Position numbers and translations under genes: made by a program. A DNA stretch of 64,000 bases. It comes from an uncultured Flavonifractor sp. Lineage in GTDB: Bacteria > Bacillota > Clostridia > Oscillospirales > Oscillospiraceae. Shown here in pieces: positions 29,042-38,140 of this stretch; the first letter of the stretch is position 1, and the number at the start of each line of letters is the position of its first letter. Below the pieces are notes generated by a model. That model saw nothing but the letters and a program-made list of their open reading frames with translations. It was not told where the DNA came from and did not search any database. Location: assembly GCA_944385625.1 (NCBI GenBank), contig CALWXZ010000001.1, positions 28,130-92,129 of the forward strand, read 5' to 3'.

Positions 29042-30022
29042 CTATTGGGATACGGTGTGCCGGGGGGACTCCATCACCGCCTTGCAGGCCTGGATGACCT
29101 GGGCGATGACCTGAGACTCAAACTTGGCCCGGTACAGACTGAGCATGGGGGTGGCGGCCATCTCGGCCAGCACCACATACTTGGGGGGCAGCTTGGTGAG
29201 CGCCAGGGCCCGGGCGTCGGCCAGACACCGGGGGCAGCTGCACAGCCCGAACATTTTGACATACCGCTCCAGCCGCTCGTCCACCAAAATCTCCATCACA
29301 TTCATGCACACGGAGCCGTCCGGCAGGCGGGTCTGTCGGGGGGCGAAGGGCACCTCCGGCTCCGGCTTGGATTCTGGCTCCGGTTCCGGCTCGGGTTCGG
29401 GCTCCAGTTCTGGTTCCGGTTCCGGCTCGGGTTCGGGCTCCGCCTTGGGGGCCGCCATGCTCCGCAGCAGCTGCTCGATCTCCTCCTGGCTCATCTTCCC
29501 GCCTCCGGAGGCCGGGGCAGGCTCCGATTCCGGTTTGGGGTCCGGTTCAGGCTCCGGCTGGGGTTCCGCCTTCTCCTGCTCCTCCGAAAAAGGGTCCAGG
29601 ATGACCTCCGGCTGGGGCTCCGGCTCCGGGTCCGGCTGAGGCTGGGCCAGCTCCTCCTCCAGCGCCTGGGACAGGGCGTCCCGAATGGTCTCGGACAGGG
29701 CCTCATTGTTGGTGCGGGCCACCTGGAGAATGGGGGCGGCCAGCCGCTCCCCCTCCCGCCGGGCGGGCGGCGGCGCAATGACGGTCTCCTCCGCTTCCGG
29801 CTCCGCCTGGGCGGCTTTTTTCCGGGTGCGCCGCTTTTTCGGTTGGGCCCCCTCCTGGCTTTGGGCCTGCTCAGCCGGGGCAGGCTCCCCGGCCTGCACG
29901 TTCTCCGGCTCCGGCGTCTCCAGCTCCGCGGTGGGGGCGGGCGTCTCCGGCTGGCCGCCCCCGGAGAGCAGGCTGAGCACATGGTCCGTTTTACTGGTGC
30001 GGCTGTTTTTTCTGGATGCCAT
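29042..30022 (-). CDS. Protein with basic N-terminal peptide, Pro/Glu-rich linker and C-terminal ComFB-family domain
   Basis: NVMEILV...[24 protein letters not shown]...VMESPRH matches the ComFB pattern; ATG overlaps the parA stop (TGATG). Confidence 0.8.
   Translation of the reverse strand: MASRKNSRTSKTDHVLSLLSGGGQPETPAPTAELETPEPENVQAGEPAPAEQAQSQEGAQPKKRRTRKKAAQAEPEAEETVIAPPPARREGERLAAPILQVARTNNEALSETIRDALSQALEEELAQPQPDPEPEPQPEVILDPFSEEQEKAEPQPEPEPDPKPESEPAPASGGGKMSQEEIEQLLRSMAAPKAEPEPEPEPEPELEPEPEPEPEPESKPEPEVPFAPRQTRLPDGSVCMNVMEILVDERLERYVKMFGLCSCPRCLADARALALTKLPPKYVVLAEMAATPMLSLYRAKFESQVIAQVIQACKAVMESPRHTVSQ
29340..29650 (-). repeat. Low-complexity (Pro-Glu)n coding repeats
   Basis: Translated [26 protein letters not shown] and similar runs. 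Confidence 0.8.
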
Positions 30023-30813
30023 CAGGCCCCTCCCCCTCTCTCAGCCCGTGGGAAACGGGAACCGGCCACCTGGTCGCACAGCTGCTCAAAGTCCCGGGCG
30101 GGCTTGGAGGCGGGGGCGTAGTCCACCACGCTCAGGCCGTGGGCCGGCGCCTCCGCCACCGAAACGCTGCCCCGGATCTTGGCCTCGAACACCACCGTGT
30201 CCAGCTGTTGGGCGATCTGGGAGGCCAGCTCCAGCACCTCCCGGTTCAGGTTGAAGCGGCCGTTATAGCGGTTGAGCAGGATGCCCAGCACCTGCAGGCG
30301 GGAGTTGTAGTACTCCCGCACGCTCTGGATGGTCTCCTTGATCTGGGAGACCCCCAGAAGGCTAAGTACCTCGGGCGCCATGGGGATGATGAGCTTGTCC
30401 ACCGCCACATAGGCGTTGACGGTAAGCAGGTTCAGGGCAGGGGGCGTATCCACAATGATAAAGTCGTAGTTCTCCTCCACCTTGGACAGGGCGGTTTTCA
30501 GCATAAACTCCCGGCCGGGACGGTTGAACTCCAGTTCCGCCCCCGCCAGCAGAATGTTGGCGGGCAGCAGGTCGCAGGTCTCGGTATGGGAAATGGCGGC
30601 CTGCGGCTCCAGCTCTCCCCGGAACACGTCGTAGATGGTGGCGCAGCGCTCAATGTCCAGCCCCAGGCTGAACCCCAGACTGCCCTGGGGGTCCAGATCC
30701 ACTCCCAGCACCCGGGCTCCCCGGTTGTGCAGGCTGGCCAAGAGGGCCGCCGACGTGGTGGTTTTGCCCACGCCGCCCTTCTGATTGGTGACGGCGATCA
30801 TAAACGCGGACAT
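30022..30813 (-). CDS. Orphan ParA/Soj-family ATPase
   Basis: Deviant Walker [32 protein letters not shown]; ATG at 30813 with RBS GGAGG; no parB adjacent. Confidence 0.92.
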   Translation of the reverse strand: MSAFMIAVTNQKGGVGKTTTSAALLASLHNRGARVLGVDLDPQGSLGFSLGLDIERCATIYDVFRGELEPQAAISHTETCDLLPANILLAGAELEFNRPGREFMLKTALSKVEENYDFIIVDTPPALNLLTVNAYVAVDKLIIPMAPEVLSLLGVSQIKETIQSVREYYNSRLQVLGILLNRYNGRFNLNREVLELASQIAQQLDTVVFEAKIRGSVSVAEAPAHGLSVVDYAPASKPARDFEQLCDQVAGSRFPRAERGGGA

Positions 30814-30895
30814 AAAGGTCCTCCATTTCTGTCCGTCCAGCCCGGTCCTCCACATATTTTCATAAAAAGAATCAGAAAAATTGGGAGGCAAACAC

Positions 30896-30922
30896 TTAAT
30901 CTTTTGCCGCGGCGGACGATAT
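30896..30922 (+). promoter_or_regulatory. Sigma28 promoter of fliD-fliS
   Basis: TTAA-N15-GACGATAT. Confidence 0.7.
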
Positions 30923-30958
30923 ATATTGATGAGAGAATATGCAGATACGTTCCAGGTC

Positions 30959-30987
30959 ATTGTACTCAAAAGATTTTTTCTTGTCAA
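30959..30987 (-). promoter_or_regulatory. SigmaA promoter of parA-comFB
   Basis: TTGACA-N17-TACAAT on the minus strand. Confidence 0.8.
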
Positions 30988-31064
30988 CATGGGGTCCCTG
31001 GAGCACAGAATCAACGTACTTTCCTTCTCTCGCGTTCAACTCTGATAGAAAGGGAGTGTGAATT

Positions 31065-33695
31065 ATGGCATCCATCAGCAGTCTGTCCAGTTCCAGTTCC
31101 TCATCCAGCGTCTACGGAAACCGCACCTATAACATCGTATCCGGTCTGGCCAGCGGTATGGACACCGAAGAGATGATCTCCGGCCTGGTGCAGAGCTATC
31201 AGCAGAAGATCCAATCCCTTCAGAATAAAAACACCAAGCTTCAATGGCAGCAGGAAGCCTTCCAAGGCATCTCCGACAAATTGGTGGAGTTTGACCGGAA
31301 TTACTCCTCCTATGTCTATTCCGATACCAACCTGGCCAGTTCCAGCTTCTTCAATAACGCGGTGAAAACCACCACCAACGGCACCTACGCTAACCTGGTC
31401 ACCGCCTCGGGCAAAACCAGCAGCACGGTGGTGGTGAACGCGGTGCGCCAGTTGGCCACCGCCGCCCGGTACAGCGTCTCCGCCGACGATCTTAACGGCA
31501 ACGTATCCACCGTGAATGGGCAAACAACCATTACCGGCGGCGCTTTGAAGGTCAACAGCGATGACACTGTGACCGTGAGCAATCTGGCCGGTTCCATGAC
31601 CTTCTCCTACGGCGGCAAGACGGTCTCCATCGATCTGGGCCAGCGGGAGCTTTTTACCGACGAAAACGGCACGTTCAGCGCCGATGCTCTTCAAAAAGCC
31701 ATTACGGAAAAGCTCAGCGAGCAGCAGATTTCCACCAGCGGCGGCTCCGGCACTGCTGACCAGTACATCGGCGTGAGCGTCAAGGACGATGGCAATGGCA
31801 ATCTCTCCATCTCTGTCTCCGACAAGAAGAACGCGGGCAACACAGTGAGCATCAGCGGCGCCACCGGCGACCTGGGCAAGCTGGTTGGCGATCTGGGCGA
31901 TGGAAAAAGCGAAGTTTCCCTGGGTGCTTCCAAGGATCTGACCAGCAATATCTCTCTGGGCGACTTTGTCTCCGGTCAGACGCTTACCGTCACCATGGAC
32001 GGCAAGAGCAAGACCATCAGCCTGGACAAGTTCAAGGACATCTCCAAGGTATCCGATTTTGAGGCCACCCTCAATGAGGAGCTGAAGAATGCCTTTGGCA
32101 CTGTGACCGGCACCAGCACCCAGAAGGTCACCGCCACTTTCGGCAAAAACGGTATTTCCTTTGTTATGGATCCGTCCGTAGAAAATTCCACCTTCTCGGT
32201 AACCGCCTCTACCTCCGATATAGGGGATGTGCTGGGTATCGGCTCCGGCTTGACCAATTACCTGGACACCAACAAAACACTGGGAGAACTGAATCTGGGT
32301 ACTGGCTTTAGCTGGGACAACGGCGCCATTGTAATGGGCAGCGGTGATAAGGCCATCGAGCAGAAAAACGACGCTGGGGAAGTCATCGGCTATGTGGATG
32401 CCGACGGCAACTCTGTCAATGCAAACAACGAACGCCTTGGCAAGGACGGCCAGGTCCTGCGCAGCTACGACCTGATTATCAATGATGTGAAGATCGGCTC
32501 CTACACCCGGGACACCGAGATGAACACCATCATCAACGCCATCAACACCAACACCGAGGCCGGCGTAAACGTCAGCTACTCCAAGACCTCCGGTCAGTTT
32601 GTCTTTACCGCCAAGGATACCGGCTCGGCCGGCCGGGTGGAGATCAAAACCGGCGGCCTGGGGGCTGTTCTCTTCGGCGCCACCGTGCAGGAGGCAGAAG
32701 ATCCCTCCAACACAAAGCCTGCCACCACCACCAAGAGCGGCTCTTACGAGGCTGGTACAGACGCACTCCTCAACGTCACCATCAACGGCCAGAACATGGA
32801 GTTGGTACGCTCCTCCAACACGGTAGACCTGGACGGTATGTCCGTCACCGTCAGCGGCACCTTTAATGAGAAGGCCACCCTGAGTCAGGACGGAAAGACT
32901 ATGGTGAACAAGGAACAGGGGGCCGATGGCACGGAGAAAGAAGTTGCGGTTGACGCTGTTTCCTTCACCAGCAAGACCGACGCGGATACCATTGTGGACG
33001 CGGTGAAGAAGATGGTGGACGACTTCAACGCGCTTATCAAAGAGGTCAAGAGCGCTTATTCCGATATGCCGCTGGAGAAGAGCGACGGCTCCCGGTATGA
33101 GCCTCTCTCCGACGAGGACATGGAGGATATGAGCGAGTCGGCCATTGAAAACTATGAGGAGAAGGCCAAGACCGGCATTCTCTTCATGGACAGCGACCTG
33201 TCCTCTCTGTATAACGACCTGCGCAGCGCCATCTCCGTCAGCGGATCGGACGGCGCTACTCTGCGTTCGATCGGTATCAGCACCTCCTACTCCGACGGCC
33301 TGACCACCCTCACCTTTGATGAGAAAGCCTTCCGGGAGGCCCTGGAAAGCGACCCGGACAAGGTGCAGGAGGCCTTCACCAAGTCCAAGGAGAACGGCGC
33401 CGCCACCGACGGCCTGATGGCCACCCTCAAGTCCATCACCGACCGCTACGCCTCCACCACCGGCGATACCAAGGGTATTCTCATCGAGAAGGCGGGCTCC
33501 AAATACTCCCCCACCGCCGCGCTGGATAACACCATCCTCAACCAGATGAACGATGTGGAGGAGGAGATCTCCAAGTGGCAGGACAAGATGTCCGATCAGG
33601 TGGACTACTACACCAACAAATTCACTCAGCTGGAAATGCTGATTAACCAGATGAACTCCCAGAGTTCGGCGCTGTCCGGCCTTCTGGGCGGCTAA
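31065..33695 (+). CDS. fliD: Flagellar cap protein FliD (876 aa)
   Basis: N-terminal SGLASGMDT...LQWQQEA, SSNTVDLDGMS, FVDDFN-like MVDDFNALI, C-terminal YYTNKFTQLEMLINQMNSQ. Confidence 0.93.
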   Translation: MASISSLSSSSSSSSVYGNRTYNIVSGLASGMDTEEMISGLVQSYQQKIQSLQNKNTKLQWQQEAFQGISDKLVEFDRNYSSYVYSDTNLASSSFFNNAVKTTTNGTYANLVTASGKTSSTVVVNAVRQLATAARYSVSADDLNGNVSTVNGQTTITGGALKVNSDDTVTVSNLAGSMTFSYGGKTVSIDLGQRELFTDENGTFSADALQKAITEKLSEQQISTSGGSGTADQYIGVSVKDDGNGNLSISVSDKKNAGNTVSISGATGDLGKLVGDLGDGKSEVSLGASKDLTSNISLGDFVSGQTLTVTMDGKSKTISLDKFKDISKVSDFEATLNEELKNAFGTVTGTSTQKVTATFGKNGISFVMDPSVENSTFSVTASTSDIGDVLGIGSGLTNYLDTNKTLGELNLGTGFSWDNGAIVMGSGDKAIEQKNDAGEVIGYVDADGNSVNANNERLGKDGQVLRSYDLIINDVKIGSYTRDTEMNTIINAINTNTEAGVNVSYSKTSGQFVFTAKDTGSAGRVEIKTGGLGAVLFGATVQEAEDPSNTKPATTTKSGSYEAGTDALLNVTINGQNMELVRSSNTVDLDGMSVTVSGTFNEKATLSQDGKTMVNKEQGADGTEKEVAVDAVSFTSKTDADTIVDAVKKMVDDFNALIKEVKSAYSDMPLEKSDGSRYEPLSDEDMEDMSESAIENYEEKAKTGILFMDSDLSSLYNDLRSAISVSGSDGATLRSIGISTSYSDGLTTLTFDEKAFREALESDPDKVQEAFTKSKENGAATDGLMATLKSITDRYASTTGDTKGILIEKAGSKYSPTAALDNTILNQMNDVEEEISKWQDKMSDQVDYYTNKFTQLEMLINQMNSQSSALSGLLGG

Positions 33696-34099
33696 TGACT
33701 GGAACGGAAAGGAACGCGCCTTTTATGGATATGCGAGGTTACCAGCACTATCGGGAGGACTCCATCAATACCATGACCCCCGGCGAGCTGCTGCTGCTGG
33801 TCTACGACGAGCTGGTCAAGCGGCTGACCCAGGCGGAGCTGGCACTGGAAAAAGAGGACTACCCCGCCTTTGAGTCGGCGGTAGACCACGCCGTCAAGAT
33901 CGTCCACTACCTGGACGACACGCTGGACCGCCAGTACGAGATCGGCCAGCAGCTCGCCCGCCTGTATGAGTACTTCTGCTACGAGCTCAGCCGGGTAAAG
34001 AGCGGTCGAAACAGGACCGAACTGGAGCGGGTCAAGCGCATGGCCAGTGAGCTGCGGGAGAGCTTTCGCACCGCGGACAAAAACACCGCCACCCGATAG
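33695..34099 (+). CDS. fliS: Flagellin chaperone FliS
   Basis: YREDSINTMTPGELLLLVYD, LARLYEY; true start may be a downstream ATG. Confidence 0.92.
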   Translation: MTGTERNAPFMDMRGYQHYREDSINTMTPGELLLLVYDELVKRLTQAELALEKEDYPAFESAVDHAVKIVHYLDDTLDRQYEIGQQLARLYEYFCYELSRVKSGRNRTELERVKRMASELRESFRTADKNTATR

Positions 34100-34108
34100 G
34101 AGCCGGCT

Positions 34109-34519
34109 ATGTTAAGCGATCAGGACTTTACCTGCGCCATTGCGATTCAGCGCAAGATGTACACATCCCTCAATGAGGTGGCTGATCTGACGGACGAGCT
34201 GTCTCAGGCTGTGAGCCGGCAAGATCAGGTCTCGGTACGGATGTTTCTCTCCATGCGTCAGGAGGAAATTCAACGTCTTACCAGCTACCAGGCCATGCTG
34301 CACCGGCAGTGCAGACAGCTTCTTCCAGAGGACGCCAGGCTGCTTACCCAGCTCAACTCCGGCCGCTTTCAGGGAACCGCTCCCTCCCCCAGCGCCCAGG
34401 CTCTGCTCCAGCAGGCCCAGCGCAACCGCTCCCTGCTGGAGCGCGTGCGCCGGGCGGATGAGGCCGTCAGCAGCCGCCTTGGCGGTCCAAACTCCTTTTA
34501 CAACAAGAAGAGGAAATAG
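34109..34519 (+). CDS. Helical FliT/FlgN-like chaperone (putative)
   Basis: Small all-helical protein in the fliD-fliS-fliT position; no diagnostic motif. Confidence 0.45.
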   Translation: MLSDQDFTCAIAIQRKMYTSLNEVADLTDELSQAVSRQDQVSVRMFLSMRQEEIQRLTSYQAMLHRQCRQLLPEDARLLTQLNSGRFQGTAPSPSAQALLQQAQRNRSLLERVRRADEAVSSRLGGPNSFYNKKRK

Positions 34520-34527
34520 CGCGCCCG

Positions 34528-34565
34528 AAAAAAGCCCCCTGCCGACCTGATGATCGGCAGGGGGC
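34528..34565. terminator. Terminator between the fliD operon and the C39 peptidase gene
   Basis: 12-bp stem GCCCCCTGCCGA/TCGGCAGGGGGC with A6 (U6 on the minus strand). Confidence 0.75.
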
Positions 34566-34575
34566 ACTCCCCGTT

Positions 34576-35469
34576 TCATCCTCCGCCCAGGGCGGTAAAG
34601 CACCAAAGAGGCGCGCCGTCCGTACGGCTGGCGGACAGTTCATCCAAAATGAGCTGCGGGTCCCAGAGCGCCAGGCTGCGCGCCCGGCTGTTGGAGTCGG
34701 CCACCAGCACTTGTCCGGTGAGGGTGGCGCCCCGGAGCACGATAAAATGCCCGCCGGTGGTAAAGTGTCCCGGCCCCATCAGGGCCACCATCAGCTGGCC
34801 CGAGGCCAGGCGCTGACACAGCTCTCCTTCGGAGATTTCCCCGCAGGACTGGGCGGTCAGGCCGAAGTAGCGGGCCATCCCCTCCACCAGAGACAGGTAG
34901 GAGCCGCTGCCGGCGGCACAGTACCCCTGTTGGGCGGCAAGCCGGGCCATTTCGGCCGGGTCCACCACCTGGCCGCTCAGGGTGGAGACCACCATGGACA
35001 TGGCGGTGGGGCCGCAGCCAAAACCCTTGATGAGATCGGACCCGAAGGCCGCGCTGGCCCAGGGCTCCTCGCTCTGGTTAAAGTAGACCAGCTCCACCAC
35101 CCCCCCGGTGAGTACCTCCTGCCCCTGGCGGGAGGCAAACTGAGTGATCTCCGGGTCCTGGATCAGGGACTCCGGGTCTTGCTCCGGCTCCTGGATCTCC
35201 TGGCTGACAGGGGGGGCGTCTCCCTGTTGCTGTTGGTCCTGCTGGTAGGCCGCTACGGCGCCTTGCAGCTTTTGAAGCAGCGCCTGCCCCTGCCCCCACA
35301 CTCCGTGGGCCATCTGGACCACCGGCTGGGTAATGCGCTGGAACAGGGCGGGCTCCATGACCCGGCACACCGCCAGCTCCACGCCCGCCACACACACCAG
35401 GGCCAGCAGGATGATCCCCAGGACGCGCGCATATTTCTTTGGCTTTTTTCCCCCACTCAATCTTCTCAT
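34576..35469 (-). CDS. Membrane-anchored C39-like cysteine peptidase
   Basis: N-terminal TM helix; GCGPTAMSMV (Cys), GGHFIVL (His), ADSNS (Asp). Confidence 0.8.
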   Translation of the reverse strand: MRRLSGGKKPKKYARVLGIILLALVCVAGVELAVCRVMEPALFQRITQPVVQMAHGVWGQGQALLQKLQGAVAAYQQDQQQQGDAPPVSQEIQEPEQDPESLIQDPEITQFASRQGQEVLTGGVVELVYFNQSEEPWASAAFGSDLIKGFGCGPTAMSMVVSTLSGQVVDPAEMARLAAQQGYCAAGSGSYLSLVEGMARYFGLTAQSCGEISEGELCQRLASGQLMVALMGPGHFTTGGHFIVLRGATLTGQVLVADSNSRARSLALWDPQLILDELSASRTDGAPLWCFTALGGG

Positions 35470-35514
35470 GCCACCTTTTGTGTTGTGAATCTGATTATAG
35501 CAAATTTTTTTATG

Positions 35515-35526
35515 CTTGTATACAAG
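35515..35526. promoter_or_regulatory. Perfect palindrome CTTGTATACAAG, possible repressor operator
   Basis: 12-bp palindrome between divergent genes, overlapping the ftsE-like RBS and the -35 region of the C39 gene promoter (TG-C-TATAAT at 35494-35502, minus strand). Confidence 0.45.
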
Positions 35527-35539
35527 GAGCAATCGACCT

Positions 35540-36250
35540 ATGGCACAGATTTGTTTGGAAGGAGCCGGTAAGGACTACACCCAGGCCGCCGAGCAGACGC
35601 TGGTACACGCGATCCGCTCCGTGGACCTGACCATTGAGCGGGGTGAATTTGTCTTTATCACCGGCAGCAGCGGTGCGGGAAAAAGCACCTTGCTGCAGCT
35701 CATCACCTATGAGACCCGGCCCACCCGGGGCGCGGTCTATCTGGACGGCGTGGATGTCAACCGCCTGTCTCAGCGTCAGCGCCAGCACCATCGCCTGCGC
35801 TTTGGATATGTCCCCCAGCTTCCCTCTTTGATTCGGAAACGGACCATTCAGGAGAATCTGACCACGGTGGCCCTTCTGGGCCGCGGCCGGGTCCATATGG
35901 CCCCCGAAAAACGGGTGCAGAAGGCGCTGAATATGGTGGGAATGGGCGACGCCGCCAACTGCTATCCCGTGGAGCTGTCCATGGGACAGTGCCGCCGGGT
36001 GGAGCTGGCCCGGGCCATCATCAATAACCCGGACATTCTGGTTCTGGATGAGCTCACCGCCAACCTGGACGAGGACACCGCCTGGGATATGTTCCTGTTT
36101 TTGTCGGAACTGAATCACCATGGGGTCACCGTCATCATGGCTACCCACGCGAAGAAATTTGTCAACCTCATGCGCCGCCGGGTTATCACTCTGGTGGACG
36201 GAGCCATTTTTGGCGACGTCCAGAAGGGCCGCTACGGCGATGTGATGTAA
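35540..36250 (+). CDS. FtsE-like ABC ATPase without a permease partner
   Basis: GEFVFITGSSGAGKST, signature LSMGQ, LVLDELTANLD, MATH, MRRRVITL, and a GRY-like tail typical of clostridial FtsE. Confidence 0.8.
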   Translation: MAQICLEGAGKDYTQAAEQTLVHAIRSVDLTIERGEFVFITGSSGAGKSTLLQLITYETRPTRGAVYLDGVDVNRLSQRQRQHHRLRFGYVPQLPSLIRKRTIQENLTTVALLGRGRVHMAPEKRVQKALNMVGMGDAANCYPVELSMGQCRRVELARAIINNPDILVLDELTANLDEDTAWDMFLFLSELNHHGVTVIMATHAKKFVNLMRRRVITLVDGAIFGDVQKGRYGDVM

Positions 36251-36337
36251 CCCTTTGATTGGGAAATTCCGGCTTACTTTTTTGAGTAAACCGCATCTAT
36301 ATATATTTCTGCGATTCTTTTTTCAGGAGGACGTCAT

Positions 36338-38095
36338 ATGAAAAACAAAAAAGTTGGAGTAAAAATCCTATTTTCTTTTGTCATCACACTGCTGCTGGCT
36401 CTGGCGATGATGTGTGTGGCCATCTGGAGCATCTTCAGCATCCGCAGTCAGTATACCCATGTTCTCTCCACCCAGATCGCCATCGCCGATGCGGTCCAGA
36501 ACAGCGAAAAAGAGATGAACTCGGTAGCCCGTCAGCTCCGTGACATGGCCATGTTTGGGTTTGACGAATCCACGGAAAGCGAGATCAAAAACTCCCTGTC
36601 TGTGATCGAAGAATCCCTGAACACGCTTCAGACCCTTCAAACCGGCGACACCAGCCTTTCTGATGATTATATCCAGAAAATCCAGGATTGGCAGTCCTCC
36701 TTTTCTGCCATGGATTCCGCTCTGAGGGCCGGCAACACCGCCCAGGTCCAGCAGCTGATTAAAACCGAGTGTACCCCCAAGCTCACCGCGGCCGTTCAGT
36801 CCGGCGACGCGCTGTCTGATGCGGTGACCGCCGACGGCACCAACGCCGTCAATCAGGTGGTAGCCAACAGCACCCGTCAGGTAATCATCCTGGTGGTGCT
36901 TATCCTCATCACCGCCGCTTTGGGCATCGCGCTCAACCTGTATTCCATCCGCTCCATTGTCACCCCTCTGCGCAAGGCGGAGGAGTCCGTGGTGGCTTTC
37001 AGCCAGGGCAATCTGTCCTACAACCTGGACTACGAGGCCAACGACGAGATCGGCGGCATCTGCAACGCCGTGCGCACCTCCCAGCAGGTGCTGCACAATG
37101 CCATTGAGGACATCGTTTCCGTGACCAAGAGTCTGGCCGACGGCGACCTGTCCTGCACCGTCACTCAGGAGTACCCCGGCGAACTGGCCCCCATCAAGGA
37201 AAATATTGAGTACCTGCTGGAGCAGCTTAACGACACCATGAGCAGCATCCTCCAGGCGGCCGACCAGGTGGCCGCCGGCGCCGACCAGGTCTCCACCGGT
37301 TCCCAGGCTCTGGCTCAGGGCTCCACCGAGCAGGCCAGCGCCGTGGAGGAGTTGTCCGCCACCATCAACGACCTGGAGCACTCCGCCCAGGAGAACCGCA
37401 AGACCGCCCAGACCGCCAAGGAGAAGGCCGACCAGGCCGCCGACCAGGTGCGGGTGAGCAACGAGCGTATGCAGGAGATGCGCAAGGCCATGAGCGATAT
37501 CCTGGCCGGGCAGAAGGATATCGGCAAGATCATCGAGACCATTGAAAACATCGCCTTCCAGACCAATATTCTGGCCCTGAACGCCGCCGTGGAGGCCGCC
37601 CGGGCGGGCAGCGCCGGCAAGGGCTTTGCCGTGGTGGCCGACGAGGTGCGCAACCTGGCCTCCAAGTCCGACCACGCCGCCAAGCAGACCAAGAAGCTTA
37701 TAGAGTCCTCTCTGGCCGCGGTTGAGCACGGCGACGCGCTGGTCGAGGACGTGGACACAGATATGCAGAAGACCGTGGAGTGCGCCGGCGCCGCCATCGA
37801 GTATATGGATAAGCTGGCCGAAAACACCATCACCGAGGCCGAGGCCATTGAGCAGCTGACCACCGGCGTGGATCAGATCTCCAGCGTGGTGCAGACCAAC
37901 TCCGCCACCAGCGAGGAGTCCGCCGCCGCCAGCGAGGAGCTGTCCTCTCAGGCTGTCATGATGAAGCAGATGGTCGAGCGGTTCCATCTGAAAGGGGGTT
38001 CCGGCTTCTCCTACGAGCCCAACCACACCGATTACTCCGCTTCCGCCTCTGCCGTGAGCGCTTCGGCGGATGAAAACCGCTTCAGCAAGTATTAA
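36338..38095 (+). CDS. Methyl-accepting chemotaxis protein (4HB-type sensor, HAMP), C-terminal pentapeptide RFSKY
   Basis: Two TM helices, [33 protein letters not shown]. Confidence 0.95.
   Translation: MKNKKVGVKILFSFVITLLLALAMMCVAIWSIFSIRSQYTHVLSTQIAIADAVQNSEKEMNSVARQLRDMAMFGFDESTESEIKNSLSVIEESLNTLQTLQTGDTSLSDDYIQKIQDWQSSFSAMDSALRAGNTAQVQQLIKTECTPKLTAAVQSGDALSDAVTADGTNAVNQVVANSTRQVIILVVLILITAALGIALNLYSIRSIVTPLRKAEESVVAFSQGNLSYNLDYEANDEIGGICNAVRTSQQVLHNAIEDIVSVTKSLADGDLSCTVTQEYPGELAPIKENIEYLLEQLNDTMSSILQAADQVAAGADQVSTGSQALAQGSTEQASAVEELSATINDLEHSAQENRKTAQTAKEKADQAADQVRVSNERMQEMRKAMSDILAGQKDIGKIIETIENIAFQTNILALNAAVEAARAGSAGKGFAVVADEVRNLASKSDHAAKQTKKLIESSLAAVEHGDALVEDVDTDMQKTVECAGAAIEYMDKLAENTITEAEAIEQLTTGVDQISSVVQTNSATSEESAAASEELSSQAVMMKQMVERFHLKGGSGFSYEPNHTDYSASASAVSASADENRFSKY
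37553..37693 (+). repeat. 141-bp direct repeat, copy 1 (MCP signalling tip)
   Basis: 5 mismatches versus 42510-42650 by manual alignment. Confidence 0.85.
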
Positions 38096-38140
38096 TTCCG
38101 GGCCCAGCGCCCGGCTTTCAGGAAAGGAGTTGGCTGTCTG

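Noticed and set aside
29340-29650. Short periodic repeats as a CRISPR array or VNTR contingency locus
   Set aside because: They are in-frame degenerate Pro-Glu codons with no unique spacers and no cas genes
36270-36300. Sigma28 promoter for MCP1
   Set aside because: The best match (TTAC-N15-GCATCTAT) fits the -10 poorly; read-through from the ftsE-like gene is more parsimonious
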